This document shows positions 11,030 through 19,608 of a stretch of DNA of 64,000 bases, one piece after another. Position numbers and translations under genes: made by a program. A model generated the notes under the pieces. That model searched no databases, was not told the DNA's origin, and worked only from the letters and a program-made list of their open reading frames with translations. Source of the DNA: an uncultured delta proteobacterium (GTDB lineage: Bacteria; Desulfobacterota; Desulfomonilia; UBA1062); assembly GCA_963785235.1 (NCBI GenBank), contig CAWAUM010000005.1:192001-256000 (forward strand). The letters are read 5' to 3'. Numbering within the stretch: position 1 is the first letter of the stretch; each line of letters begins with the position of its first letter.

Positions 11030-12031
11030 ATGCCGGCAGGTTTAAAAGTAGCCATAGTGGAGCCCACCGAACTGGTAGGTGCCGAGATAACTAAGATCCT
11101 GGAAGACCGTAGTTTTCCCGTTGCAGAGTTGATCCTGCTTGGGGGAAGCCGCTCAGCCGGGGAGAGGGTTGAATTCCAGGGCACCGAAATTCCGGTTAAG
11201 ATGCTGGACAGCCTCTCATTCACTGGCGTGGATCTGGCTTTTTTTGCGTGCGGTAAGGCAGTATCCATGGAATATGTCGCAAGGGCAAAGGCCGCAGGTT
11301 CTCTTATTATAGACCTCAGCTCCTGTTTTTCCCTTGCCGATTCAGTACCGCTCGTTGTGCCTGAGATAAACGCATCCGCACTGAAACTGCACCAGGGCAT
11401 CGTTGCATGCCCCAGGGCGTCCACCATACAGTTGGTCCTGGCGCTGGGACCCATCCACAAGGCAGCCAGGATAAAGAGAGTCATTGTCTCGACCTATCAG
11501 GCCGTGTCTGACAACGGAGGCAGGGCCTTGGATGAACTTACTTCACAGATAAGGGATCTTTTCAGCTTCCGCGAGATAAGCAGCAAGATCTACCCTCAGC
11601 AGATTGCCTTTAATGCCCTGCCCCAGGTGAGGCCATTTGCGAAAGGCGGCTATACCGAAGAGGAAATGACCATCTGTTCGGAGACACAAAAAATCCTGGG
11701 TGACAAGAACTTGCGTATATCTGCCACCAGTGTGTATGTGCCGGTATTCTTCTCCAACGCCGAATCCATCCTCATTGAGACGGCGAAAAAGATCACACCC
11801 GAAGAGGTCAGGGAGATATTGGAAAAGGCCCCGGGCGTGGGGGTTGAGGACGACCCCGGCGCCAACCTGTATCCCACCCCCATCCACGCATCCGGAACAG
11901 ACGAGTGCCTGGTGGGCAGGATCAGGCAGGACCTTTCCTCGGACAACGGTATAGTGCTGTGGAGCGTGTGCGACAATATCCGTAAAGGCGCTGCCCTCAA
12001 TGCAGTCCAGATCGCAGAACTGCTTATATAA
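11030..12031 (+). CDS. Aspartate-semialdehyde dehydrogenase-like protein, catalytically degenerate (Usg-like)
   Basis: Asd fold (VPLVVPEIN, STYQAVS, QIAFN, DNIRKGAALNAVQIAE) but GATG replaced by EPTE, NCST by RAST, catalytic His by Asn. Confidence 0.85.
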   Translation: MPAGLKVAIVEPTELVGAEITKILEDRSFPVAELILLGGSRSAGERVEFQGTEIPVKMLDSLSFTGVDLAFFACGKAVSMEYVARAKAAGSLIIDLSSCFSLADSVPLVVPEINASALKLHQGIVACPRASTIQLVLALGPIHKAARIKRVIVSTYQAVSDNGGRALDELTSQIRDLFSFREISSKIYPQQIAFNALPQVRPFAKGGYTEEEMTICSETQKILGDKNLRISATSVYVPVFFSNAESILIETAKKITPEEVREILEKAPGVGVEDDPGANLYPTPIHASGTDECLVGRIRQDLSSDNGIVLWSVCDNIRKGAALNAVQIAELLI

Positions 12032-12070
12032 GTATCCTCATGATCATATAAAGGCAATGGTGATCATGCC

Positions 12071-12844
12071 ATGAGAATGACGCTGGGACAATATCTGCCG
12101 CGAGATTCCTTTGTGCACAAGGTTGACCCCCGGGTTAAACTCTTTCTCATGGGCTTAGGTATAGGGATTACCTTCAAGCTGGAAGGGTTGCTTTCCCTGG
12201 CAGCACTTGTGCTGACCTGCATTGCATTCACCTTTTTTTCCAAAATATCATTGAAGAGTATCATGTCAGGACTGGCGCCGTTTCTGTGGCTCTTTCTTTT
12301 CACTGCAATCCTCCATATGTTCATGACACCAGGCGACCCTTTCCTTATCCCGTACACCACAAAGCAGGGGATCATGGGCGGCGGGCGCGTTGCCCTGCAA
12401 CTTATGCTCGCCATCTGGATTTCAACACTCACCACGCTCACCACATCCCCCCTGGATACGGTTTGGGCCCTTGAGTGGTACATGAAACCACTCAAATATA
12501 TGAACGTTCCCACTGATGAGATTGCCTTGGTGGTCATGCTTGCCATACGTTTCATTCCGCTGCTCTTTGAAGAAACCGACCGGATTATCAAGGCCCAGAA
12601 GGCCCGTGGCGTTGATCTGGAATCGTCCGGGTTCGTTCGCAAGGTGAAGTCCCTTGTTCCAGTGCTTGTTCCATTACTGCACAGTGTATTCAGGAGGGCG
12701 GACGATCTGGCGGTTGCCTTGACCCTTAGGGGCTACTCGCCCGGTATCACGAGGACCCGGATGAAGGAGATGGCCATGCATCGGGCAGATGTTATGGCCT
12801 TGGGTGGTGTGAGTTGCTGGTTTGTGGGGCTGCTTGTTCTCTAA
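12071..12844 (+). CDS. ecfT: ECF transporter transmembrane T component
   Basis: GQYLPRDSFVHKVDPRVK, AIRFIP, AQKARG and LTLRG Arg motifs. Confidence 0.9.
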   Translation: MRMTLGQYLPRDSFVHKVDPRVKLFLMGLGIGITFKLEGLLSLAALVLTCIAFTFFSKISLKSIMSGLAPFLWLFLFTAILHMFMTPGDPFLIPYTTKQGIMGGGRVALQLMLAIWISTLTTLTTSPLDTVWALEWYMKPLKYMNVPTDEIALVVMLAIRFIPLLFEETDRIIKAQKARGVDLESSGFVRKVKSLVPVLVPLLHSVFRRADDLAVALTLRGYSPGITRTRMKEMAMHRADVMALGGVSCWFVGLLVL

Positions 12845-12953
12845 GTATGAAGCACATGCCGGAATCATTTGTCATAACGCACAAATTTTTGTATAAAGGT
12901 TAATAGCTCGTTGCTTACTGGTGCCCGGCACCGATGAATAGCATGACATAAGA

Positions 12954-13415
12954 ATGGAGGCAGTAATGTCTGACGGACTTGATTTGATGATTGTTGACGA
13001 TGAACAGCATGTATGCGAGGTGCTCTCAGAGACCATAAAGAAGTTTTACACCTGGGGTGATGTCTTAATATTCAATGATTATGAAACTGCTGTATCCTAT
13101 TGTCTTGCCAGAGATAAAGGATTGATGATCTTTATCCTTGACGTGTTTGTGGGGGAAAGTAATGGCTTTGCCTTTCTGGATGCAATTGCAGAGAAATATC
13201 CCAATGCAAACTATGACACTGTGATGATTTCCGGCATGGCCAGTGAAGATGTGGTGGACATGTGCATTGCATCCGGGGTGAATCACCTCCTGGAAAAGCC
13301 TATAAAGAATTATGCCTTGCAGCTTGCCATAAGGTCTATTGTCATGAAGTATGTAAAATTTGCCAAGAAGATCCTGACTGATACGGAGTTTGCAGAGATC
13401 ATAGACCGTATTTGA
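12954..13415 (+). CDS. Single-domain response regulator receiver
   Basis: IVDDE, phosphoacceptor ILDV, ISG, EKP. Confidence 0.85.
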   Translation: MEAVMSDGLDLMIVDDEQHVCEVLSETIKKFYTWGDVLIFNDYETAVSYCLARDKGLMIFILDVFVGESNGFAFLDAIAEKYPNANYDTVMISGMASEDVVDMCIASGVNHLLEKPIKNYALQLAIRSIVMKYVKFAKKILTDTEFAEIIDRI

Positions 13416-13447
13416 TAAGGAAGGTAGTCAATAAGAGCGCCCTAAAT

Positions 13448-14254
13448 ATGGATATATCAACCAACCTTATTATCGCTATTGCGGTCTTTGCCGGCATCCT
13501 GCTTGTACTATGGTTCTTTTCACGAAGGGCTCTTGGTAGCGATGCAGATAGGATAGAGAGTATACGTGCAGACGCCCAAAGGGGCGATGTATATTCCCAA
13601 TTCAGGCTGGGCCAGATTTATTATGAAGGCAAAACCATAAGCAGAGATGATGCCGAGGCTGCAAAGTGGTTTCTCAAGGCCGCAGCACAGGAACATTCCG
13701 AGGCTCAGTATATCCTGGCATCTATGTATGAAAAGGGTGTGGGCCTCAAACAAAGCGATTCTGAGGCATTCGGCTGGTATATTTCCGCTGCAACCCAGGG
13801 GCATGAAAGGGCATCTGTCATTCTGGAGGCAGACAAGTGGACAGTCTTCAAGAAAAGCCACCTGGTCCGGGATGAGGTTAATCTTCCTAAGGCTATGGAA
13901 TCCCAGTTACAGCCGGAACACACAGAAGAGGTTAAGCCTTTAACCGGAGATGAACAGCTTCAGAAATATCTGGCCAAGGCACAGGCCGGGGATGTAGATG
14001 CCCAGTATAATATCGGCACCATGTACTACCATGGCGAAGGTGTTGAAAGGGATCTTGATCAGGCCCTGAAATGGTTCCATCTGGCTGCCGAGCAGAACGA
14101 TACAGCGGCCCAGTTTAACCTCGGCTTCATGTATGGTAAGGGCGAGGGAACTCCAAAAAATCACAGGGCGTCTATGGAATGGTTTAAGAAGGCAGCATCC
14201 CAGGGACATTCAGGAGCCCATGAGATCCTGGAAAAGATGTTCAGAAAGACTTAA
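13448..14254 (+). CDS. Membrane-anchored Sel1-repeat protein
   Basis: N-terminal TM helix; repeated AQY/FxLGxMYxxGxGVxxDxxxAxxWFxxAAxQG units in two clusters. Confidence 0.88.
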   Translation: MDISTNLIIAIAVFAGILLVLWFFSRRALGSDADRIESIRADAQRGDVYSQFRLGQIYYEGKTISRDDAEAAKWFLKAAAQEHSEAQYILASMYEKGVGLKQSDSEAFGWYISAATQGHERASVILEADKWTVFKKSHLVRDEVNLPKAMESQLQPEHTEEVKPLTGDEQLQKYLAKAQAGDVDAQYNIGTMYYHGEGVERDLDQALKWFHLAAEQNDTAAQFNLGFMYGKGEGTPKNHRASMEWFKKAASQGHSGAHEILEKMFRKT

Positions 14255-14331
14255 GTTACATGAGCCCTTTGTCTATCAAAGAAAAATGAGGGAACCACCC
14301 TTATAACTGCACAATGGTATCTGATTAAAGG

Positions 14332-15078
14332 ATGAGTGTGTCTGAAAATAAAAAACGATTTTATACCGTGGTAAGGGGCAGGGTGCCTGGGATATATACC
14401 AGCTGGTTCGGACCGTCAGGAGCAGAGGAGAAGATCAGGGGTTATGCCGGGGCCATATATCGCGGGTTTGCCACCATGGAGGAGGCCCAGAACTTTATGG
14501 CACACCCACAATCCTACCCGGTACGGAAACAAGGCGCATACAGTAATGGGCATACGGAAGAAGGCGACCAGGAAGACCATAAACGTCCAATCCACATATA
14601 CACGGACGGTGGGTGTATCGATAACCCCGGACCAGGCGGCTTCGGGGCGGTGATCATTGAAGGTGACAAACGAATTGAGATCTCCGGGGGATACCGGCTC
14701 ACCACGAACAACCGCATGGAACTCACAGCCTGTATCCAGGCTTTGCACAAGTTAAGGAAAGGCTCGACTGCAGTGATCTTCACGGATTCGCAGTATGTGG
14801 CAAATGCCATTCAGAAGGGGTGGGCTATGAAATGGCGCTCACGGAACTGGATGCGTGACAAGACCCATAAGGCCATCAACTCAGATCTGTGGGCAGAGCT
14901 GCTCAAACTCCTTGAAAAGCATGATGTGGTCTTCCGTTGGGTGCGAGGCCATGCCGGCAACCCGGAGAATGAACGGTGCGATGTGCTGGCCACAATGGCA
15001 GCAAAAGGGACCGAACTGGCCCCTGATACAGGATATGAGAGTGCTATGAATGAACTCAGAGAATCAAGACTGTTCTAA
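14332..15078 (+). CDS. rnhA: Ribonuclease HI with N-terminal hybrid-binding (viroplasmin-like) domain
   Basis: FYTVVRGRVPGIY N-domain; YTDG, TTNNRMEL, TDSQY, WVRGHAG, NERCD catalytic motifs. Confidence 0.94.
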   Translation: MSVSENKKRFYTVVRGRVPGIYTSWFGPSGAEEKIRGYAGAIYRGFATMEEAQNFMAHPQSYPVRKQGAYSNGHTEEGDQEDHKRPIHIYTDGGCIDNPGPGGFGAVIIEGDKRIEISGGYRLTTNNRMELTACIQALHKLRKGSTAVIFTDSQYVANAIQKGWAMKWRSRNWMRDKTHKAINSDLWAELLKLLEKHDVVFRWVRGHAGNPENERCDVLATMAAKGTELAPDTGYESAMNELRESRLF

Positions 15079-15422
15079 ATTTTATTGCTGCTGATAAATT
15101 CAATCCACTTTTCATCATCAGAGGTGCTGGTAATGGTTATTGCGCCTTCACCCCTCTTGAGGTCGACCCAGGCAATAAGCCCATTGAGGGTCAAGGCCTC
15201 TACCGGGAGCATGACACGCAGAGGTGCGCCGGTAAAGTCTTTTTGTTGAACCATACTCATTGTTTTAAAGATCTGAGGCGAGATCAGGCGCATACCATGC
15301 TGGCTTATGTCCTGCGCGATGCCACGACCGTTGAGCAGCACGCCCATCTTGAGCAGCACCGTGATCTTGACCTTCTTCCGGTGCTCCACTCGCCGTTCTT
15401 GTGCAGCATCATCTGTGTCCAT
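15075..15422 (-). CDS. PilZ domain protein
   Basis: RVEHR (RxxxR) and DISQHG (DxSxxG). Confidence 0.8.
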   Translation of the reverse strand: MDTDDAAQERRVEHRKKVKITVLLKMGVLLNGRGIAQDISQHGMRLISPQIFKTMSMVQQKDFTGAPLRVMLPVEALTLNGLIAWVDLKRGEGAITITSTSDDEKWIEFISSNKI

Positions 15423-15602
15423 GGTACATTCCCTCTCGTGTAACCTTTCTCATATCATCACTATGAGATTGAAGATTATTATTTGATGTAATCTATACAA
15501 TACATTCAAATAAAAGTTAAGCAAGCAGAAGATCGGATTTTATGCCCTTGCATGAGTGATCAAGCCGATAATTCAGCCCCGGTATAAAGTATCTGCTCAT
15601 AA

Positions 15603-16079
15603 ATGACGAGAAGGGGTCTATGTCGGATAACAAAGGTAAGCACAAAAGATAAGCGTAAGCAGGAACGGCTGCCTTCCAGGCATCCTGCCCGGCTTAAAAT
15701 ATCCCTTTCGAGTCGGGATTCCGGTAAAATATTCCAGGGGATTCAGAGCGTGCTTGCCATGGCTGAAACAAAGAACATCAGTATAGGCGGAATGTCGCTC
15801 AAGATAGTTGGGTCACCCTTTGATGCCAAGAAGAGCCTCACCAGGGCTAATGCCGCACAGGTAGTTGGAAGACCCATAGAAGTAATCCTTGAAGAAGAGA
15901 ACATCATTATCTGGGGTGATGTCATCCGGACCGAGGCTGATACACTTGATCTTGCCATTGTGATTTACAAGGTGTCCGATGTGCAGGAGTGGAAGAAGCT
16001 CTGCAGCGAAAAGGCGCAGGGAATCAGCATTTTCCCTGACTCTCTGGCAGTGAGGCGCAAGAGAAGAAGCGATAAATAG
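15603..16079 (+). CDS. PilZ-like domain protein
   Basis: RKQER (RxxxR) and NISIGG; start codon uncertain. Confidence 0.65.
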   Translation: MTRRGLCRITKVSTKDKRKQERLPSRHPARLKISLSSRDSGKIFQGIQSVLAMAETKNISIGGMSLKIVGSPFDAKKSLTRANAAQVVGRPIEVILEEENIIIWGDVIRTEADTLDLAIVIYKVSDVQEWKKLCSEKAQGISIFPDSLAVRRKRRSDK

Positions 16080-16198
16080 TCAACAAAAGCGTCCATACAT
16101 GGCAAAGCGCTTGTATAATACGACTTCGCATAACTTCTCGATTATCTCATAAACAAGTTATTATTCTTCGTAAACGCAAAATCTTAGGATAGTTCACA

Positions 16199-17287
16199 TC
16201 ACCCAAACGGCAGCAACATCTGGGTATACCTGAGTGCTCCTTGATTAGAGTCTGGAAAATGTGAAACGCTCACACCCAGGAGGCGTACCTTTTTAATCCC
16301 TGCATCCGTGTCACGTAATAATACGATTGACTGCCGTGCAATGGTATCTGCATCATCAACATATCCCGATAGGGTGATGCTCCTGGTTATGGACTGGAAG
16401 TCGAAATACTTCAGCTTCAGGGTTACGGTGCGGCCTGCAATGCAATCCCGCCTCAGGATGCGCGATACGTTCTGGGAGAGCTGTGCAAGGATGGCAGCCA
16501 TACGGGTCAGGTCGTCGATATCTTCAGTCAGGGTGATCTCCTTGCCCACGGATTTTCTCTCACGCTCCGGCATAACAGGCCTCGGGTCATATCCGCGGGC
16601 TATTCCAAAGAAGAACGATCCGGTCTTTCCAAACCAGCGAAGCAGGTCATCAAGTTGTTTTTCCATAAGGTCGGCACCGGTCCTTATGCCGAACGAGAGC
16701 ATCTTCTGCTCTGTAACCTTTCCCACCCCGTAGAACTTCCTGATAGGCAGGTTTGCGATAAAGGAAAGCGCCTTTCCGGGTGGGATGACCGTGAGGCCGT
16801 CAGGTTTTTTGAAATCGGAGGCCGCCTTGGCGAGGAACTTGTTGTAAGAAACCCCTGCCGATGCCGTCAGTGCGAGCGAGTCACGAATCCTTAACCTGAT
16901 CTCACGGGCGATATCCGTGGCAATGGTAATGTGCCTCTTGTTAACGGACACATCGAGAAAGGCCTCATCCAGTGACAAAGGCTCCACACAGTCGGTGTAG
17001 TGGAAGAAGATCTCCATTATCGCATCGGATGCCGCCTGGTATTCGCTGAACCGCGGGGGGAGAAATACGGCATGGGGGCAGAGTCTTATTGCTTTTGCCG
17101 ACGACATGGCCGAGTGGATGCCGTATTTGCGTGCCTCATACGAGCAGGCAGCAACGACGCCCCTGTGTTCAGGCGTTCCACCTACTATCACGGGCTTACC
17201 CTTCAGAGAGGGGTTGTCCCTCTGTTCCACCGATGCATAAAAGGCATCCATATCAATATGGATAATCTTGCGGGTGTCATCCACCAT
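16199..17287 (-). CDS. dinB: DNA polymerase IV
   Basis: IIHIDMDAFYASVEQRD, SYEARKYG, SLDEAFLD, KFLAKAASD..KPDG. Confidence 0.97.
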   Translation of the reverse strand: MVDDTRKIIHIDMDAFYASVEQRDNPSLKGKPVIVGGTPEHRGVVAACSYEARKYGIHSAMSSAKAIRLCPHAVFLPPRFSEYQAASDAIMEIFFHYTDCVEPLSLDEAFLDVSVNKRHITIATDIAREIRLRIRDSLALTASAGVSYNKFLAKAASDFKKPDGLTVIPPGKALSFIANLPIRKFYGVGKVTEQKMLSFGIRTGADLMEKQLDDLLRWFGKTGSFFFGIARGYDPRPVMPERERKSVGKEITLTEDIDDLTRMAAILAQLSQNVSRILRRDCIAGRTVTLKLKYFDFQSITRSITLSGYVDDADTIARQSIVLLRDTDAGIKKVRLLGVSVSHFPDSNQGALRYTQMLLPFG

Positions 17288-17290
17288 AGT

Positions 17291-18151
17291 TTAGAGGTTG
17301 CCAAAAAACTCTCTGATTATCTCCAGCGACTCTTTGGGTTTCTCCTGGGGGATGAGGTGGCCCGCGACATTTACCATGCGGTAGGTTCCCTGTTTGAATA
17401 GGGAGGTTGCCTTCTTCAGGTCGATAAAGGCCCGGTTTTCGCTCTCTTGACCTTCCAGGACCAGGGTAGGGCAGGTCACCTTTGGCAATAGCGGCCAGGG
17501 ATCATACTGCATGCCGCCCATGAATAACGATGCCTCCCTGAAAGGCGAGCAAGCGAGCGTCAGTCCGCCTGCATCGAGTCTCTTCATGCCGTATTCAATA
17601 TAAAGGTCGAGCATCTCTTCATCCCAGTTCTTGAACATGGCCTTTGACTTCAGATATGCATGCACCTCGTCACGATTGCCCCAGGTATCTTTTCTTTTTA
17701 TGGCCTTGGAGGCCAGCGGGTGAAGATCAACGGTTATCCGGGCCTTATAGAAATCTTCGGGCAGGAATATGGGCTCGAAAAGGATGAGGCCCCTTGCCTC
17801 CAGACCAAAGGCCGCAGTGGCAATAGTTATTACCGTGGCGCCCATGGAGTGACCCGCCATGGCAGGCTTGTCAAGATCAAGGGCCTTGCAGAACTTTGTC
17901 AGGTCCTGTGCAATGGTCAGCCAGTTCAATCCCCCCTTGTCAGGGTCCGACTCCCGGTGGTCGCAGAAATAAGGCGCAATCACACGCCATCTGGGTGCGA
18001 GTTCCCTGGCTATGGGGTGCCACAGCCAGGGAAGAAAACCGGTGGCGTGCAAGAGTACAATGGTTGGCCCATCACCCTCGTAGAGGAGATAGGAAAGGTC
18101 TACATCTCCGATATCCTCTTTCAGCACCTGGGGCATGCGGTTATGAATCAT
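17291..18151 (-). CDS. Alpha/beta-fold hydrolase
   Basis: LLHATGF, nucleophile elbow GHSMG, C-terminal AGHLIPQE. Confidence 0.88.
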   Translation of the reverse strand: MIHNRMPQVLKEDIGDVDLSYLLYEGDGPTIVLLHATGFLPWLWHPIARELAPRWRVIAPYFCDHRESDPDKGGLNWLTIAQDLTKFCKALDLDKPAMAGHSMGATVITIATAAFGLEARGLILFEPIFLPEDFYKARITVDLHPLASKAIKRKDTWGNRDEVHAYLKSKAMFKNWDEEMLDLYIEYGMKRLDAGGLTLACSPFREASLFMGGMQYDPWPLLPKVTCPTLVLEGQESENRAFIDLKKATSLFKQGTYRMVNVAGHLIPQEKPKESLEIIREFFGNL

Positions 18152-18292
18152 GTTGAGGGTCTCCTTGATAAGAGAAATTGTCTTACCATGTCAGTATGTA
18201 TTAAAAGCAGGGTCATATTCAAGGCGAAAGAGGGACTCAGAAATGAATGGAAAAACATTGGGGTTTAAAATTCATCTGAAATTAATATCGTA

Positions 18293-18319
18293 TTGACAAG
18301 AATCGTATTACTATATAAT
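18293..18319 (+). promoter_or_regulatory. Sigma70-type promoter
   Basis: TTGACA (18293) and TATAAT (18314), 15-bp spacer (short). Confidence 0.55.
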
Positions 18320-18334
18320 TAGTCAATCAACTAA
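18319..18334. promoter_or_regulatory. Putative TetR operator, copy 1 (TTAGTCAATCAACTAA)
   Basis: Imperfect palindrome; 15/16 identical to the reverse complement of 25143..25158. Confidence 0.7.
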
Positions 18335-18397
18335 TAATAAAATTTCCACTAATCCCTTAACTTTTATGTAGTGAATCGGGAAATGAAAGGAGATGCA

Positions 18398-18838
18398 ATG
18401 GATACAGTCATTTTGAGGCAAATGCTATCTCATGGGTTGACACGCTCAGGTGTTCTCCTGCTGTTGCTTGGTCTGCTCACCGGTCTTTTTGTCCCGAAGT
18501 TTAAAAACCCCAAGATGGGCTTATCGAGCCACGTTGAAGGAGTAATGGGTGGCATGATGCTTGTTATCCTGGGTTTTGTCTGGCCCAAATTATTGCTCAA
18601 ACCTGCAGCCCTGAAGGCTGCACATTGGCTTGCGGTTTACGGGGCGTATGCAAATTGGGCCAATCCTCTTATTGCAGCGGTATGGGATGCCGGCGGCTCC
18701 ATGATGCCAGGTGCTTCCAAGGGTAAGAAGGGCACACCGGTTCAGGAGATGATCATCAGCATCGTTGCAGTCAGCCTTGTGGCGGCATTACTCCCGGCAG
18801 TCATCCTTGTATTATGGGGGCTGCGAAGAGACGTCTAA
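18398..18838 (+). CDS. Four-TM membrane protein, styrene-oxide isomerase (StyC)-like family
   Basis: GVLLLLLGLLTG, MGLSSHVEGVMGGMM (His at the StyC heme-ligand position, aligned from memory), YGAYANW; RBS AAGGAG. Confidence 0.6.
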   Translation: MDTVILRQMLSHGLTRSGVLLLLLGLLTGLFVPKFKNPKMGLSSHVEGVMGGMMLVILGFVWPKLLLKPAALKAAHWLAVYGAYANWANPLIAAVWDAGGSMMPGASKGKKGTPVQEMIISIVAVSLVAALLPAVILVLWGLRRDV

Positions 18839-18847
18839 ACTATGTGT

Positions 18848-19438
18848 CTAGATGATATCGAGAACCCTGTATTGGAATCCTTTGAGCACTTCCCTGATAT
18901 CCATCGAACCCGGTTCGAATATGGTGGAAAAGAGCGCCATACCCTCCCAGAATGCCACCATGGCAATGCTCACCTGCAGGGCAAACTGTTTGTCGTCCAT
19001 ATGCCTGCTCAGGTTTGCCACTAGTTCATCGATCCACCGCATATACGCCTCACGCAGTTTGGCCCTTACAGCATCATGGTATAATGCGATTTCCCAGATC
19101 TCCACGAATATCCGTGAAAGACCCTTGTTGAGGGTAATACGGTCGTTGATAAAGATAAAAATTTCCTCCATCAACTCCCTTTTTCCCAACCGGACCACGT
19201 CTTTGGATTTGAGCAATTCATTTACCTGAGCCCGGTAATCATCTATGACATAGTCGATGTAGTTGAGCAGGATGTCCTCTTTGCTGCTGAAATAGTAATG
19301 CAAGACCCCATGGTTCACCCCGGCGACACGGGCTATATCCTTGATGGAGGTCTTCTCGAAGGATTTTTCCTGCAGACAGGTGTCAAGGGCCTTGAGAATC
19401 TGTAACCTTCGTTCTTCCTGTATACTTTTACGAGCCAC
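18848..19438 (-). CDS. TetR/AcrR family transcriptional regulator
   Basis: HTH TSIKDIARVAGVNHGVLHYYFSSKEDIL; GTG start. Confidence 0.93.
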   Translation of the reverse strand: MARKSIQEERRLQILKALDTCLQEKSFEKTSIKDIARVAGVNHGVLHYYFSSKEDILLNYIDYVIDDYRAQVNELLKSKDVVRLGKRELMEEIFIFINDRITLNKGLSRIFVEIWEIALYHDAVRAKLREAYMRWIDELVANLSRHMDDKQFALQVSIAMVAFWEGMALFSTIFEPGSMDIREVLKGFQYRVLDII

Positions 19439-19471
19439 GTATTATGCCCCTTTTATGGTCTTTATCAGAGT

Positions 19472-19503
19472 GTGGACGAGGGGGATCAGACCCCCTTGTC
19501 CAC
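19472..19503. repeat. 13-bp stem hairpin between aminotransferase and TetR genes
   Basis: GTGGACGAGGGGG-atcaga-CCCCCTTGTCCAC; no U-tract on either strand. Confidence 0.65.
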
Positions 19504-19608
19504 CTGCACTACATACTCATTATTCAAGGTTACATTCAACCATGGATTAAGTATTCCAAGCTCACCTCTCCCAGGTTTCAGGGGAGCCTTTCCAGATATC
19601 CATGTATA

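Noticed and set aside
16100-16115. TGGCAAAGCGCTTGTA sigma54-like site
   Set aside because: Lacks the -12 GC and points antisense into dinB with no downstream gene.
16199-18240. SOS/LexA box for dinB
   Set aside because: No convincing palindrome found; dinB appears co-transcribed with the hydrolase (3-bp gap).
19562-19603. Short minus-strand ORF MDIWKGSPETWER after the aminotransferase
   Set aside because: No clear RBS or recognisable motif.
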